From positions 32,001-96,000 of the forward strand of contig CAVZMH010000003.1 in the NCBI GenBank assembly GCA_963776345.1: a stretch of 64,000 bases of DNA, given 5' to 3'. Positions 21,288-32,475 of this stretch are shown here, in pieces. Position numbers and translations under genes: made by a program. Position 1 is the first letter of the stretch; each line of letters opens with the position of its first letter. The notes under the pieces are model-generated. The model saw nothing but the letters and a program-made list of their open reading frames with translations, made no database searches and was not told the DNA's origin. The DNA is from an uncultured delta proteobacterium (lineage in GTDB: Bacteria; Myxococcota; Myxococcia; Myxococcales; Myxococcaceae).

Positions 21288-22535
21288 TTAGTACTTCTCC
21301 TTGGGGCAGGCCTTCTCGTTCGCGGTCCGGAGCTGCTTGGACGCGTCGATCTGCTTCTGGGTGTCGGACAGCGCTCCGACCGAGGCCTTCTCGGCGTCCG
21401 CCCAGGATGGATCCTTGGCCTTGAGCGTCTGGGCCAGCGTCACCGCCTGCTGCTCCACGGTGGCCTCGCCCTCCAGGGCCTTGGTGTACGCGTCGTCCGC
21501 CTTCACCAGGGCCGCGCAGCCCGCCTTGAGGTCCTTCACCATCCCGTCGGCGGCCTTGCGCTTCTTGCCATCCTTGGAGTTGGCCGCGGCCTGGTAGGCC
21601 TGGACCTGCCCGTCGTAGGTGTTCGCCACCTGCTGCCGCCGGGAGAGCGCGGCGAAGGCCTCGGCCTGGCGCTGCTCGCGCACCGCGTCCAGCTGCGCGA
21701 ACTGGAGCTGTGGCGTCGTGCTGGCGGGCATCGCCGCCGGGCCGCTGGAGTTGACCAGGAGCACCTGCACCGGAACCGCGAGCTGCTCGGCGCTGCTCTT
21801 CAGGGGCAGGGACTCGATGCGCTGGTTGAGGCAGCTCGCGAGCTGGGCGCCGGCCGGATCCGACGGCTGCAGTGCGGAGACCACTCCCTTGCTGATGACC
21901 GCGCCGCCGTCGGGTGCCTTGAGCCGGTCGGCGTACTTGGTGACCTCCTCGCGGGTCAGGGTGACCGACCCGGCGAACTCCGGCGGAGCCAGGGTCCGCA
22001 TGGGCTCGAAGCAGCTGCACCACTGGGGGACCGCGAGGCGGATGGTTCCCTGGACGTCGGACGCCTCGTTCACGCCCATCCGCACCATGGTGCTCGGCTC
22101 ACGCTCGAACGGGCCCTCGAAGGTGATGGGCTTGCTGCCCGCGGGGGCGGACAGGCCCCCGATCTGGGCGCGGGTGGCCTTCTCGATGCACGTCTGGCCG
22201 GCGGGCTGCAGGCCGTCGCCGCTGACCGCGACGGTGGTGCCGGTGCCGTCGATGGAGATGGCGACCTTGCCCTTGGTCGGGACGCTCGGGTTCTGAACCC
22301 GGGCGTCCGCCAGGCACTCCTGGATGGCGGGCCGCGCGCCGCGGAAGGCGGCCTGCAGCGTGTACTCGTTCGCCGTCTTGCCCAGGTCGAGCTTGGGCGG
22401 GAAGCAGTTGGAGATGTCGAACGGGACCAGGTTCACCACGCGCTGGCGCTCGGTGGGGCTGGCCCCGCCGGCGCTCTGACCGCCCGCGCAGGCCAGGACC
22501 ACCACCGCGATCAACAGGGAAAGCTGGCGTCTCAT
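21288..22535 (-). CDS. Lipoprotein with two Cys-containing alpha/beta modules and a helical C-terminus
   Basis: MRRQLSLLIAVVVLAC lipobox; GGAGGAG upstream. AIQECL...KGKVAISI loosely resembles TonB-C/AgmX-PglI C-terminal domains. Confidence 0.8.
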   Translation of the reverse strand: MRRQLSLLIAVVVLACAGGQSAGGASPTERQRVVNLVPFDISNCFPPKLDLGKTANEYTLQAAFRGARPAIQECLADARVQNPSVPTKGKVAISIDGTGTTVAVSGDGLQPAGQTCIEKATRAQIGGLSAPAGSKPITFEGPFEREPSTMVRMGVNEASDVQGTIRLAVPQWCSCFEPMRTLAPPEFAGSVTLTREEVTKYADRLKAPDGGAVISKGVVSALQPSDPAGAQLASCLNQRIESLPLKSSAEQLAVPVQVLLVNSSGPAAMPASTTPQLQFAQLDAVREQRQAEAFAALSRRQQVANTYDGQVQAYQAAANSKDGKKRKAADGMVKDLKAGCAALVKADDAYTKALEGEATVEQQAVTLAQTLKAKDPSWADAEKASVGALSDTQKQIDASKQLRTANEKACPKEKY

Positions 22536-22649
22536 CGGCGCTCCTCCTCCTACGTCTCGTCGAAGCAGCGGCGGGGGGGTTACCAGAGATCGGCCGGCAG
22601 GTGCACTCCTCATTGCGCGGCGTCGTCGCCGGTGCTGGAGAGTGGGGGC

Positions 22650-23057
22650 ATGACGCAGGCGCTCGGAGGGTGGACGGGGGAGGGCGGGGCCTGGGGCGCG
22701 CTGGCCTTCCTCGCCTCGGTGGGTGTCGCCGGGCTCCTCGAGCCCGTGCAGGACCGGCTGCGGGCCGACGAGGGCCGGGCGTGGTGGGCCTCGAACGGCC
22801 GCGACGTGCTGAACGCGGTGGCGCTGGGCGCGGTCAGCGCGGGGCTGTGGGTCTACGGTTTTCGGGGTCCGCTGGTGGTGTGCGTGGCGGGGACGCTGGT
22901 GCTCCTGCTCTCGATGTCGCAGACGCGGCTCGAGTCCCGGCCGCGGACCACGCTGTGGTCGGTGGGGGTGGCCCTGGCGCTCGGAACGCCGGTGCTCGTC
23001 GCCCCGGCGGCGGTGGCCCGCGCCTTCGAGCGCCTGGTCGTCGCGCTCGGACCCTGA
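22650..23057 (+). CDS. Small integral membrane protein
   Basis: About four hydrophobic segments; WWASNGRDVLN loop. Confidence 0.7.
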   Translation: MTQALGGWTGEGGAWGALAFLASVGVAGLLEPVQDRLRADEGRAWWASNGRDVLNAVALGAVSAGLWVYGFRGPLVVCVAGTLVLLLSMSQTRLESRPRTTLWSVGVALALGTPVLVAPAAVARAFERLVVALGP

Positions 23058-23059
23058 GC

Positions 23060-24100
23060 CTACGGCCAGCGAACGCGGCGCGCGCCGCCACCCGCGGGCT
23101 CCACCTCGAGGCGGACGTCGCGGGTGCCCTGCCGGGCGCGGTCCAGCGACTCCGGCGTCGCCGGTGCGCCGTCGATCGCGGTGACCACGTCGCCGGCGTG
23201 GAGCCGGGTCGTCACCTCGGCGGCGCGGATGAACACGCCGGGCGGACGGCGCATGAGCCGTGCGGCCTCATCCTCCCCGAGGCCGGGGTTGGCCAGCCGG
23301 AGCTGCGCCAGCCGGCGCACCTCGGCCTCCAGCCCCATCCCGCCGGACGGTCCGAGCAATCGCCAGGCGTCCACCGCCGGGCGAGGCGGGTGCGACCACC
23401 GGCCCTCCAGCCCGGCCAGCGCGTCCTCGGCCACCCGGTCGAGCAGCGGGCCTGGACCCTCGCCGTCGGTCCGGAAGGGGTCGACGCGCACCTCGGCCGC
23501 GCTCTCCACCACCACCCGGCCGGTGCTCGGATGGATGAGCTCCACCCGGACGCGATCGATCCACTCCGCGCTCGTCCCGACGCCCGAGGGTCCGGCGCGT
23601 CCGGCCACCTCCTGCCGGCCCTCGGCGGTGGTCCGGTCCAGACGGGCCCGGACCAGCAGCACCTCGGTGGGGGCCACGGCCGCGGCGCGGATGGACGTCA
23701 GCGCGTCGGTGGCGGTCCAGTCGCTCCGCTCGGGGTGGAGCGGGTGAATCTCGCTCGCGCCCCAGACCAGCGCCCGTCCGGATGCGGCGGCGACGGTGCG
23801 GAGTCCCAGCCGGGCCGAGAGGGCCAGCGCCTCGTCGTCGCTGACCCCGCCCGACCCACGAAGCCGCTCGACGACCAGCGCCGAGACCCGCAGGTCGGGA
23901 ACCGGCTCGGTCCGGCGGGTGGGCGCGCCCGCGCAACCCAGCAGGAGAGAAGCGGCGAGCAGGGGTGGGGCGAGGGAGGGGCGAATGGAACAGAGCGTAC
24001 CGCGAGCCGGGCCCCCGCCGCCGTTCAGGCCATCGCTCGGTGCATCGCCGGGCTCGGGATGTGGTGCAGACGGAGCCGGGCGCGCCTGGAGGGAGCACAT
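23060..24100 (-). CDS. Putative lipoprotein with a C-terminal PDZ-like domain; true start probably near 23990
   Basis: LLLGC lipobox; LHAGDVVTAIDG PDZ motif. Confidence 0.65.
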   Translation of the reverse strand: MCSLQARPAPSAPHPEPGDAPSDGLNGGGGPARGTLCSIRPSLAPPLLAASLLLGCAGAPTRRTEPVPDLRVSALVVERLRGSGGVSDDEALALSARLGLRTVAAASGRALVWGASEIHPLHPERSDWTATDALTSIRAAAVAPTEVLLVRARLDRTTAEGRQEVAGRAGPSGVGTSAEWIDRVRVELIHPSTGRVVVESAAEVRVDPFRTDGEGPGPLLDRVAEDALAGLEGRWSHPPRPAVDAWRLLGPSGGMGLEAEVRRLAQLRLANPGLGEDEAARLMRRPPGVFIRAAEVTTRLHAGDVVTAIDGAPATPESLDRARQGTRDVRLEVEPAGGGARRVRWP

Positions 24101-24127
24101 CCGCCGTCCTGGCGGACGTGCGGGGCC

Positions 24128-24388
24128 TCAGGGCATCGCGAGCAGGGGCTGGAACTTGCCCTCGCCGTCCAGGCGGACCAGGTCGGTGTATCCACCCACG
24201 TGGACGTCGCCGACGAAGATCTGGGGGACGGTCCGCTGCCCGTGCGAGCGCTTCACCAGCCGCGCCCGGGTCTCGTCGTCGCCGGTCACGTCCACCTCCT
24301 GGTAGGGGACGCCCCGGGACCGCAGGTACTCCTTGGCCCGCGAACAGAAGACGCACGAGCCGGTGGTGTAGATGGTGACGGCGGCCAT
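24128..24388 (-). CDS. grxC: Glutaredoxin (GrxC-like)
   Basis: CVFC, TVPQIF, GGYTD; 86 aa. Confidence 0.85.
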   Translation of the reverse strand: MAAVTIYTTGSCVFCSRAKEYLRSRGVPYQEVDVTGDDETRARLVKRSHGQRTVPQIFVGDVHVGGYTDLVRLDGEGKFQPLLAMP

Positions 24389-24513
24389 GGCTCCCTGACT
24401 CGTGGACGTCCTGGTCCCGGCGTGGTCAACTCACGTGTTCGGGCTCCCCAGTCATGTGGCCGGGGCACGCCGGACGCCAGTGGAAAAGTGGTGTCCGTGG
24501 GGGTCAGACGGCG

Positions 24514-24858
24514 GTGCAGAACACGCGGGTCCTCGGCCGGCAACGCCGCCGCTTCAAGGTGCAGATGGGGGCCGCGTCGGGCTTCACCGTCGACGTGTCG
24601 GCAGGCGGGTTCTGCGCCGAGCTGATGCGGGTCTTCCCCAAGGGCACGGCGGTCAAGGGCACGCTCCTGGTGGACGGCGAGGACTTCCCCTTCTCCGGCC
24701 GGGTGGCCTGGGCCAAGCAGGGCGACTTCCGGCTCAACATGCGCGGGCGGATGGGGGTGACCTTCACCGACGCTCCCGAGGAGCTCCGCCGCATGTTCGG
24801 TGTCGGGCCGTCGGGCACGCCGCTCCCCGCACCTGGCCCATTCCCCCACCGGGGGTGA
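24514..24858 (+). CDS. Stand-alone PilZ-domain protein
   Basis: RxxxR (RQRRR) and DxSxxG (DVSAGG); GRVAW, MGVTF. Confidence 0.8.
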   Translation: MQNTRVLGRQRRRFKVQMGAASGFTVDVSAGGFCAELMRVFPKGTAVKGTLLVDGEDFPFSGRVAWAKQGDFRLNMRGRMGVTFTDAPEELRRMFGVGPSGTPLPAPGPFPHRG

Positions 24859-24957
24859 GCTGCACGGGGGCCCGGGACGACGCGGCCCCCGCCCCGGATC
24901 CGCGAATGGATCCGGAACGAGGGCCGTGAGACTGCGGAAGGCCCCGGGGGCCGGGCC

Positions 24958-27157
<2,200 letters not shown>

Positions 27158-27230
27158 CGCAACCCCTCGGAATTGCTGGACCCGGGGGTGCACGGGTGCC
27201 GCCAGGGTTGCTAGCCTTGGGGGGGCATCG

Positions 27231-27818
27231 ATGGATCTGGTCGCGGTCACGTCGCTGAAGCAGTTCTTCAAGTCCCTTCTGGACGAGGCGCTCGGGCAGA
27301 CCGGGCTCGACGTCGCCGAGGTCACCGAGTTCTACCTGGCCAACCTCCTGGCCGAGTTCGCCGCCGCCGACCGGCTGTTCGCCCCCGACGAGCCGGGCGG
27401 CGCCGGGGAACCGCTCGCTCTGCTGTACCACCGGGCGCAGGCCGCCGAGCGCGAGGAGCGCATCCGCATCCTCCGGCGGCTGGGCGACGTCTCGCTCTAC
27501 AAGGCCGGGTTCTTCGCCGGCGCGCTGCGGGACAGCGTGGTGGGGCAGGGCTACACCATCGACATGGGTCGGGCGGCGTACGGCCAGGTGGCGGCGCTCT
27601 CCCGCGGCGGCTTCGCCCACGTGTACGACGAGCTGGGCCGGAAGTTCCGGCCGCTGGTCGAGGTGCTGGAGGGAATCGCCGCCCGCTCCTCGGCGCGCAG
27701 CTCTCCGTCGGGCGCGCTCCGGGTCTACGAGTCCTGGCGCCGCACCGGGAGCGACACCCTGGAGGGCGTCCTGGTCGACGCGGGCCTCCTCAAGCCCGGC
27801 GGAGGGCTCCCCAACTGA
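27231..27818 (+). CDS. Helical hypothetical protein, divergent from groES
   Basis: MDLVAVTSLKQFF...YLANLL...LRRLGDVSLY..GFF..Y.IDMG..AY; TGcTAGCCT extended -10 at 27209-27217. Confidence 0.85.
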   Translation: MDLVAVTSLKQFFKSLLDEALGQTGLDVAEVTEFYLANLLAEFAAADRLFAPDEPGGAGEPLALLYHRAQAAEREERIRILRRLGDVSLYKAGFFAGALRDSVVGQGYTIDMGRAAYGQVAALSRGGFAHVYDELGRKFRPLVEVLEGIAARSSARSSPSGALRVYESWRRTGSDTLEGVLVDAGLLKPGGGLPN

Positions 27819-28453
27819 AGCTCGTCGACGAGGTCCAGGATCAGCTCGAGGCCATCTACGACATCGAGTGTCCGAGGGCCTCGGCGTTCCTCCTCCGCCC
27901 GGAGGACGCTGCGCTGCTTCGCTCTCCGGCGTCCGACGAGGAGCTCTGGGTCCACGAGGGCGAGGACGGGCTCGAGGTCGGGCTCTATTACTCGGCCGCG
28001 CTCCGGACTCACCTCGGGGAGCGGTCGCTGCGCGAGACGGGCTGGCTCGCGCCCGGGCTCGACGCGTACTGCCGCCTCGCCGAGGGCGTGAGCCACTTCC
28101 TCTACCTGGCCCGCTCCGCGGCGCTCGACCGGCGGCTCTCCATCCTCGAGCTCGAGGTCCAGGCCGAGGTCGACAAGTTCGCGAGCCTGGCCCTCCACCG
28201 CTGGCCCTCGCTCCAGGGCGCGTCCGCCCGGGAGCTCCACGCCCGGCTGTTCCGGGACGTCTCGTATCGCCCTGGGCTGGGTCCCGAGGAGCGGTTCCGG
28301 TACGCCGAGGCCAACCGGCTGGCGGCGCTCTTCACCGCCCGGCTCCTGGCCCACGTGATGACCCGACGGCTGGACCGGCTCCTCGAGGCGCTGAGGTACG
28401 CTTACCGGCTCGGGGCGGAGGCCAAGCTGCAGCACCTGGCGCGCGCGGCCTGA
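27815..28453 (+). CDS. Hypothetical protein with an EGVSH...ExxAExD possible metal site; apparent CTG start
   Basis: The frame is open and codon-biased from CTG 27815, which overlaps the upstream TGA. GGAGG lies at 27801-27805. The ORF track starts it late at 28088. Confidence 0.75.
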   Translation: MKLVDEVQDQLEAIYDIECPRASAFLLRPEDAALLRSPASDEELWVHEGEDGLEVGLYYSAALRTHLGERSLRETGWLAPGLDAYCRLAEGVSHFLYLARSAALDRRLSILELEVQAEVDKFASLALHRWPSLQGASARELHARLFRDVSYRPGLGPEERFRYAEANRLAALFTARLLAHVMTRRLDRLLEALRYAYRLGAEAKLQHLARAA

Positions 28454-28482
28454 GGCTCCTGCTACAGTCCGCCCTGTTGACC

Positions 28483-30249
28483 GTGACGAAGCTCTCTCTC
28501 CTCGCGGTGGACCCCGACCTCGCGTCGGCCCGCGCGCTTTCCGAGGCCTTCAACCGCGCCGACTTCGCCTTCCGGGCGGTCCCCGACGTCGGGCGCGCGC
28601 TGGCCGTGCTCCGCTCGAGCCAAGTCGACGTGGTGCTGGCGGTGGGGAATCTGAGCACACCGCTGGTGTCCCAGCTCCTCGGGGCGCTGGCCCACGACGC
28701 GACGCTGTCGCGCCTCCCGGTGGTGCTGCTCGGGGAGGAGGCCGGGGACGCCCCCCTGGTGACGGAGATGCGGACCGGGGTGGTGGAGATGCTGCTCCGG
28801 CCTTTCCAGCCCTTCGAGCATCCGGACCGGGTCCGTCAGGTCGTGGCCGAGCTGCCCGAGCGCACCGGCCGGGTGGTCGGCTTCGAGGCGCTGCGCATGG
28901 TGGAGCACATCCAGCGCACCTTCCGCTCGGGCGCCCTGAAGCTGAACCCGGGCACGCCCGGCGAGAGCCAGGCCCTCTTCACCCACGGCGTGCTCCGCGG
29001 GGCGAGGCACCGGGAGGCCCGCGGCGAGGTCGCCCTGGCGGCCATGCTGGCCCTGCCCCGTGCCCCGTGGGCCTTCCTCGAGCTCAGCGGCCAGGGAGGC
29101 GAGGGCACCGGCGTCGCCATTCACCTGGACAAGACGGCCCCGGAGCCTCCGCAGCCCATGGAGGAGAGCGGGTACGACATCCTCCCCGAGGTTGGCCCGG
29201 AGGTGCTCCTCGCCGAGGGCAGCGCGCCCCTCGACGTGGACGGCGAGCAGCTGGTCATCGAGGGGGTCACCCCGACGCCGGCGCCCCCGCATGTCCCCAT
29301 CCTCCTGGTGGACGACGACGAGGAGCTGTGCCGGATGTTCGGCGCGCTGTTCCGGCGGAAGGGCTTCGACGTGACGGTGGCCCAGGACGGGCTCGCCGGG
29401 TACGAGGCGGCGGTCTCGGGCGACTTCGAGCTGCTCATCGCCGACCTCAACATGCCGAAGATGGACGGCTGGGGGCTCCTGCGCCTCATCCGGGACGACT
29501 ACCGGACGCGCGAGCTGCCCTTCGCGATGCTCAGCTGCCAGGACCACTACCGCGAGTCGCTCAAGGCGCTCGACGCCGGGGCGCAGGCCTATTTCCCGAA
29601 GACGCTTCGGCTCGAGGCGCTGGTCAGCCAGGTCCAGTCGGTGCTCCAGCCCCGGCAGCAGGCCAGGGCGCAGATTCCCCAGGGGACGCTCAGGAGCATC
29701 CCGGTGGGGCAGCTCGGGGTGCAGTGGGTGCTCCGGGAGCTGGCCGCGGCGGGCGTCACCGGCACCCTCCGGGCCCGGGACAGCTGGGCGACGTACGAGG
29801 TCGCCTTCCGCGAGGGACGGGCCATCCACGCCTCGGCGCAGACCGGCTCCCACCAGGCGCTCGGGGAGCGGGCGCTCAACGCCTTCGTCGCCAGCCGCTG
29901 TACCGACGCGACCTGGAACCCGACCGAGCCGGGTCCGCGGCAGACGCTGATGCTGCCCGTCCCGGAGCTCCTGGTCCGGGCCACCCAGCTGCTCAACGAC
30001 AACGCCCGGCGGCTCCGCGACGGCCTGATGGTCAACCCCATCGAGATCCACGTGAACCCCGAGCTGTACGAGGTCTACGTCCGGAACGGGCCGCAGCAGT
30101 GGCTGCCCGCGGCGAAGCTCCTCTGCGAGCAGGGGCTCCCCCCGCGCGAGGTCCTGGCGCGTCTGGACGATTCTCCGGTCGAGCTGGAGGAGGTTCTCCG
30201 CGACCTCATCCGCCGGGGCGTGGTCTCGCTGAGCGCGCCGCCGGCGTGA
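28483..30249 (+). CDS. Response regulator: pseudo-REC + DUF4388/PATAN-like + REC + DUF4388/PATAN-like
   Basis: The second REC (LLVDDD...IADLNMPKMDG) is intact; the first lacks the phospho-Asp. SGALKL..F..G and TGTLRA..F..G segments. Confidence 0.85.
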   Translation: MTKLSLLAVDPDLASARALSEAFNRADFAFRAVPDVGRALAVLRSSQVDVVLAVGNLSTPLVSQLLGALAHDATLSRLPVVLLGEEAGDAPLVTEMRTGVVEMLLRPFQPFEHPDRVRQVVAELPERTGRVVGFEALRMVEHIQRTFRSGALKLNPGTPGESQALFTHGVLRGARHREARGEVALAAMLALPRAPWAFLELSGQGGEGTGVAIHLDKTAPEPPQPMEESGYDILPEVGPEVLLAEGSAPLDVDGEQLVIEGVTPTPAPPHVPILLVDDDEELCRMFGALFRRKGFDVTVAQDGLAGYEAAVSGDFELLIADLNMPKMDGWGLLRLIRDDYRTRELPFAMLSCQDHYRESLKALDAGAQAYFPKTLRLEALVSQVQSVLQPRQQARAQIPQGTLRSIPVGQLGVQWVLRELAAAGVTGTLRARDSWATYEVAFREGRAIHASAQTGSHQALGERALNAFVASRCTDATWNPTEPGPRQTLMLPVPELLVRATQLLNDNARRLRDGLMVNPIEIHVNPELYEVYVRNGPQQWLPAAKLLCEQGLPPREVLARLDDSPVELEEVLRDLIRRGVVSLSAPPA

Positions 30250-30255
30250 GGCGGA

Positions 30256-30501
30256 TCAGAGCGGCGGCCTGGCCGCGGAGGCGTCGTACTTCCCGGACAG
30301 GGTCTCGCGGACGTCGCGATCGAACTTCACCCGGCCGGTGGCCACCTCGCGAAGGGACAGCACCGGCGGCTTGTTCTTCGAGGTCTCGATGAGTGGCCGG
30401 GCCCCGGCCATCAGCTGACGGGCTCGCTTCGCGGCGAGCAGCACCAGGGCGAAGCGGTTGTCGACGAGGGGGAGGCAGTCTTCGACTGTGACGCGGGCCA
30501 T
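30256..30501 (-). CDS. rpoZ: RNA polymerase omega subunit
   Basis: [10 protein letters not shown]...[16 protein letters not shown]...[11 protein letters not shown]. Confidence 0.96.
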   Translation of the reverse strand: MARVTVEDCLPLVDNRFALVLLAAKRARQLMAGARPLIETSKNKPPVLSLREVATGRVKFDRDVRETLSGKYDASAARPPL

Positions 30502-30795
30502 GCTCGGAGATCCTCGAGAAATTCGCCCCCCGGGGGGCCAGGCAAGGTGCAGGACGTAACGGGAGCGCCGGGGGGGTGTCAAGACGGGGGCGAGGCCCGG
30601 CTCCAGCAAGCGGGTCCGGGCCGAGCTGCACGTCGGCCGTGGCGGTGGTGTCGACCGTGCCTGCTCGGCAGGGCTCGCGCGAGGGCAGGACGCCCGCTGG
30701 CTTTTCCACCGGTCAGGGCCCGTTCCTCGTTCTGGTCGAGGTCCGAGCCCGGGTTGTCCCGGCGCCCCACCCGGGAGGATGCTCCCCACAGAGCA

Positions 30796-32472
30796 ATGGA
30801 CTTCTTCCAGGAACCGCCGCGTCTCGGGAACCAGTACGACGGCGACCTCCTGCTCCGGAGCTGGCTGGAGCGCACGCTGCCCGAGCCGGTGCGACGCGCC
30901 GTCGCGCCCGAGCTGCGCGAGATGGGCGAGCTGGCCGCGACCACCCTCCTCGCCCTGTCGACGCAGGGGCGCCGGGACGAGCCGCAGCTCGTGCCCCACG
31001 ATCCGTGGGGACGCCGCATCGACGAGATCCGCGTCCCGGAGGCCTGGCGCGCCTTCGCCCGGGTCGCGGCCGAGTGGGGTCTGGTGGCCATCCCTCACGA
31101 GCGCGCGCACGGGGCCTTCTCGCGCATCCACCAGGCGGCGCTGATCCATCTCTTCGCGCCCTCGACCTCCATCTACTCCTGCCCCCTGGCGATGACCGAC
31201 GGCGCGGCGACGACCTTGCTCGCCCACGGAAACACGGCGCTGGTCGAGCGGGCGGTGCCGCGGCTGACCAGCCGGGACCCGGCGCGCGCCTGGACCAGCG
31301 GGCAGTGGATGACCGAGCGCACCGGCGGCTCCGACGTGGGCCAGAGCCTGACGCGGGCGGTGCGCGACGGCGCGTCGTGGCGGCTTCACGGGAGCAAGTG
31401 GTTCACCTCGGCGACCACCAGCGAGATGTCGCTCACCCTGGCCCGGCCGGAGGGGAACCCGGGCGGCGGGAAGGGGCTGGCCCTCTTCTACCTAGAGCTG
31501 CGCGGGCCGGACGGCGCGCCCAACGGGGTGAAAGTGCTGCGGCTCAAGGAGAAGCTCGGGACGCGGATGCTCCCCACGGCCGAGGTGGATCTCGAGGGGA
31601 CGATCGCCACGCCGGTGATCGGCCTCTCGGATGGCGTCCGGGCCATCGCCCCGATGCTGCAGATCACCCGGACGTGGAACGCGCTCTGCGCGGTGTGCTC
31701 GATGCGGCGAGGCATCGCCCTGGCGCGCGACTGGGCCGGGCGGCGCTCGGCCTTCGGCGCGCGGCTCGCGGACAAGCCGCTTCACGTCCAGACGCTGGCC
31801 GAGCTCGAGGCGGAGTACCAGGCGGCGTTCCTGCTCACCTTCCGGGTGGTGGAGCTGCTCGGCCGGGTCGAGGCGCAGGAGGCGACGGAGGCGGAGCGGC
31901 GCCTGGTGCGGGCGCTGCAGCCGGTGGCGAAGCTGGTCACCGGCAAGCAGGCGGTGGCCCACGCCAGCGAGGTCCTCGAGGCCTTCGGCGGTGCGGGCTA
32001 CATCGAGGACACCGGGCTGCCGGCGCTGCTCCGGGATGCGCAGGTGCTTCCCATCTGGGAGGGGACCACCAACGTCCTCTCCCTCGACCTGCTCCGCGCG
32101 CTCGCCGGCGAGGCCGGGCTGCGCGACGTCGACGCCGAGGTGAACCGGGCGCTGGGGGCGGCCAACGATGCGGCGCTCGCCCCGGTCCGGACGCGCGCCC
32201 GGGCGTTGATGGACGCCGCCGCCGCCTGGTTCCGATCGGCCCATGACGCCGGCCCCGCGCAGATCGAGGGTGGCGCGCGGCGGTTCGCGCTCGCCGTGGG
32301 ACGCGCCCTGCAGCTCGCGCTCGCGGCCGAGCACGCCCAGTGGCAGCTCGGGCGGGGCGACCGGAGCGGCGTCGCCGTCGCCCGGCAGCTGGTGGCCCTC
32401 AGCCCGGTGCCCGACCTGGTCGCCGTGCTCTCGGCCGACGAGGCGCGGACCGCGGCCGGGTTCGAGCGCTGA
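30796..32472 (+). CDS. Acyl-CoA dehydrogenase family protein (AidB-like)
   Basis: [43 protein letters not shown]. Confidence 0.92.
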   Translation: MDFFQEPPRLGNQYDGDLLLRSWLERTLPEPVRRAVAPELREMGELAATTLLALSTQGRRDEPQLVPHDPWGRRIDEIRVPEAWRAFARVAAEWGLVAIPHERAHGAFSRIHQAALIHLFAPSTSIYSCPLAMTDGAATTLLAHGNTALVERAVPRLTSRDPARAWTSGQWMTERTGGSDVGQSLTRAVRDGASWRLHGSKWFTSATTSEMSLTLARPEGNPGGGKGLALFYLELRGPDGAPNGVKVLRLKEKLGTRMLPTAEVDLEGTIATPVIGLSDGVRAIAPMLQITRTWNALCAVCSMRRGIALARDWAGRRSAFGARLADKPLHVQTLAELEAEYQAAFLLTFRVVELLGRVEAQEATEAERRLVRALQPVAKLVTGKQAVAHASEVLEAFGGAGYIEDTGLPALLRDAQVLPIWEGTTNVLSLDLLRALAGEAGLRDVDAEVNRALGAANDAALAPVRTRARALMDAAAAWFRSAHDAGPAQIEGGARRFALAVGRALQLALAAEHAQWQLGRGDRSGVAVARQLVALSPVPDLVAVLSADEARTAAGFER

Positions 32473-32475
32473 GGC

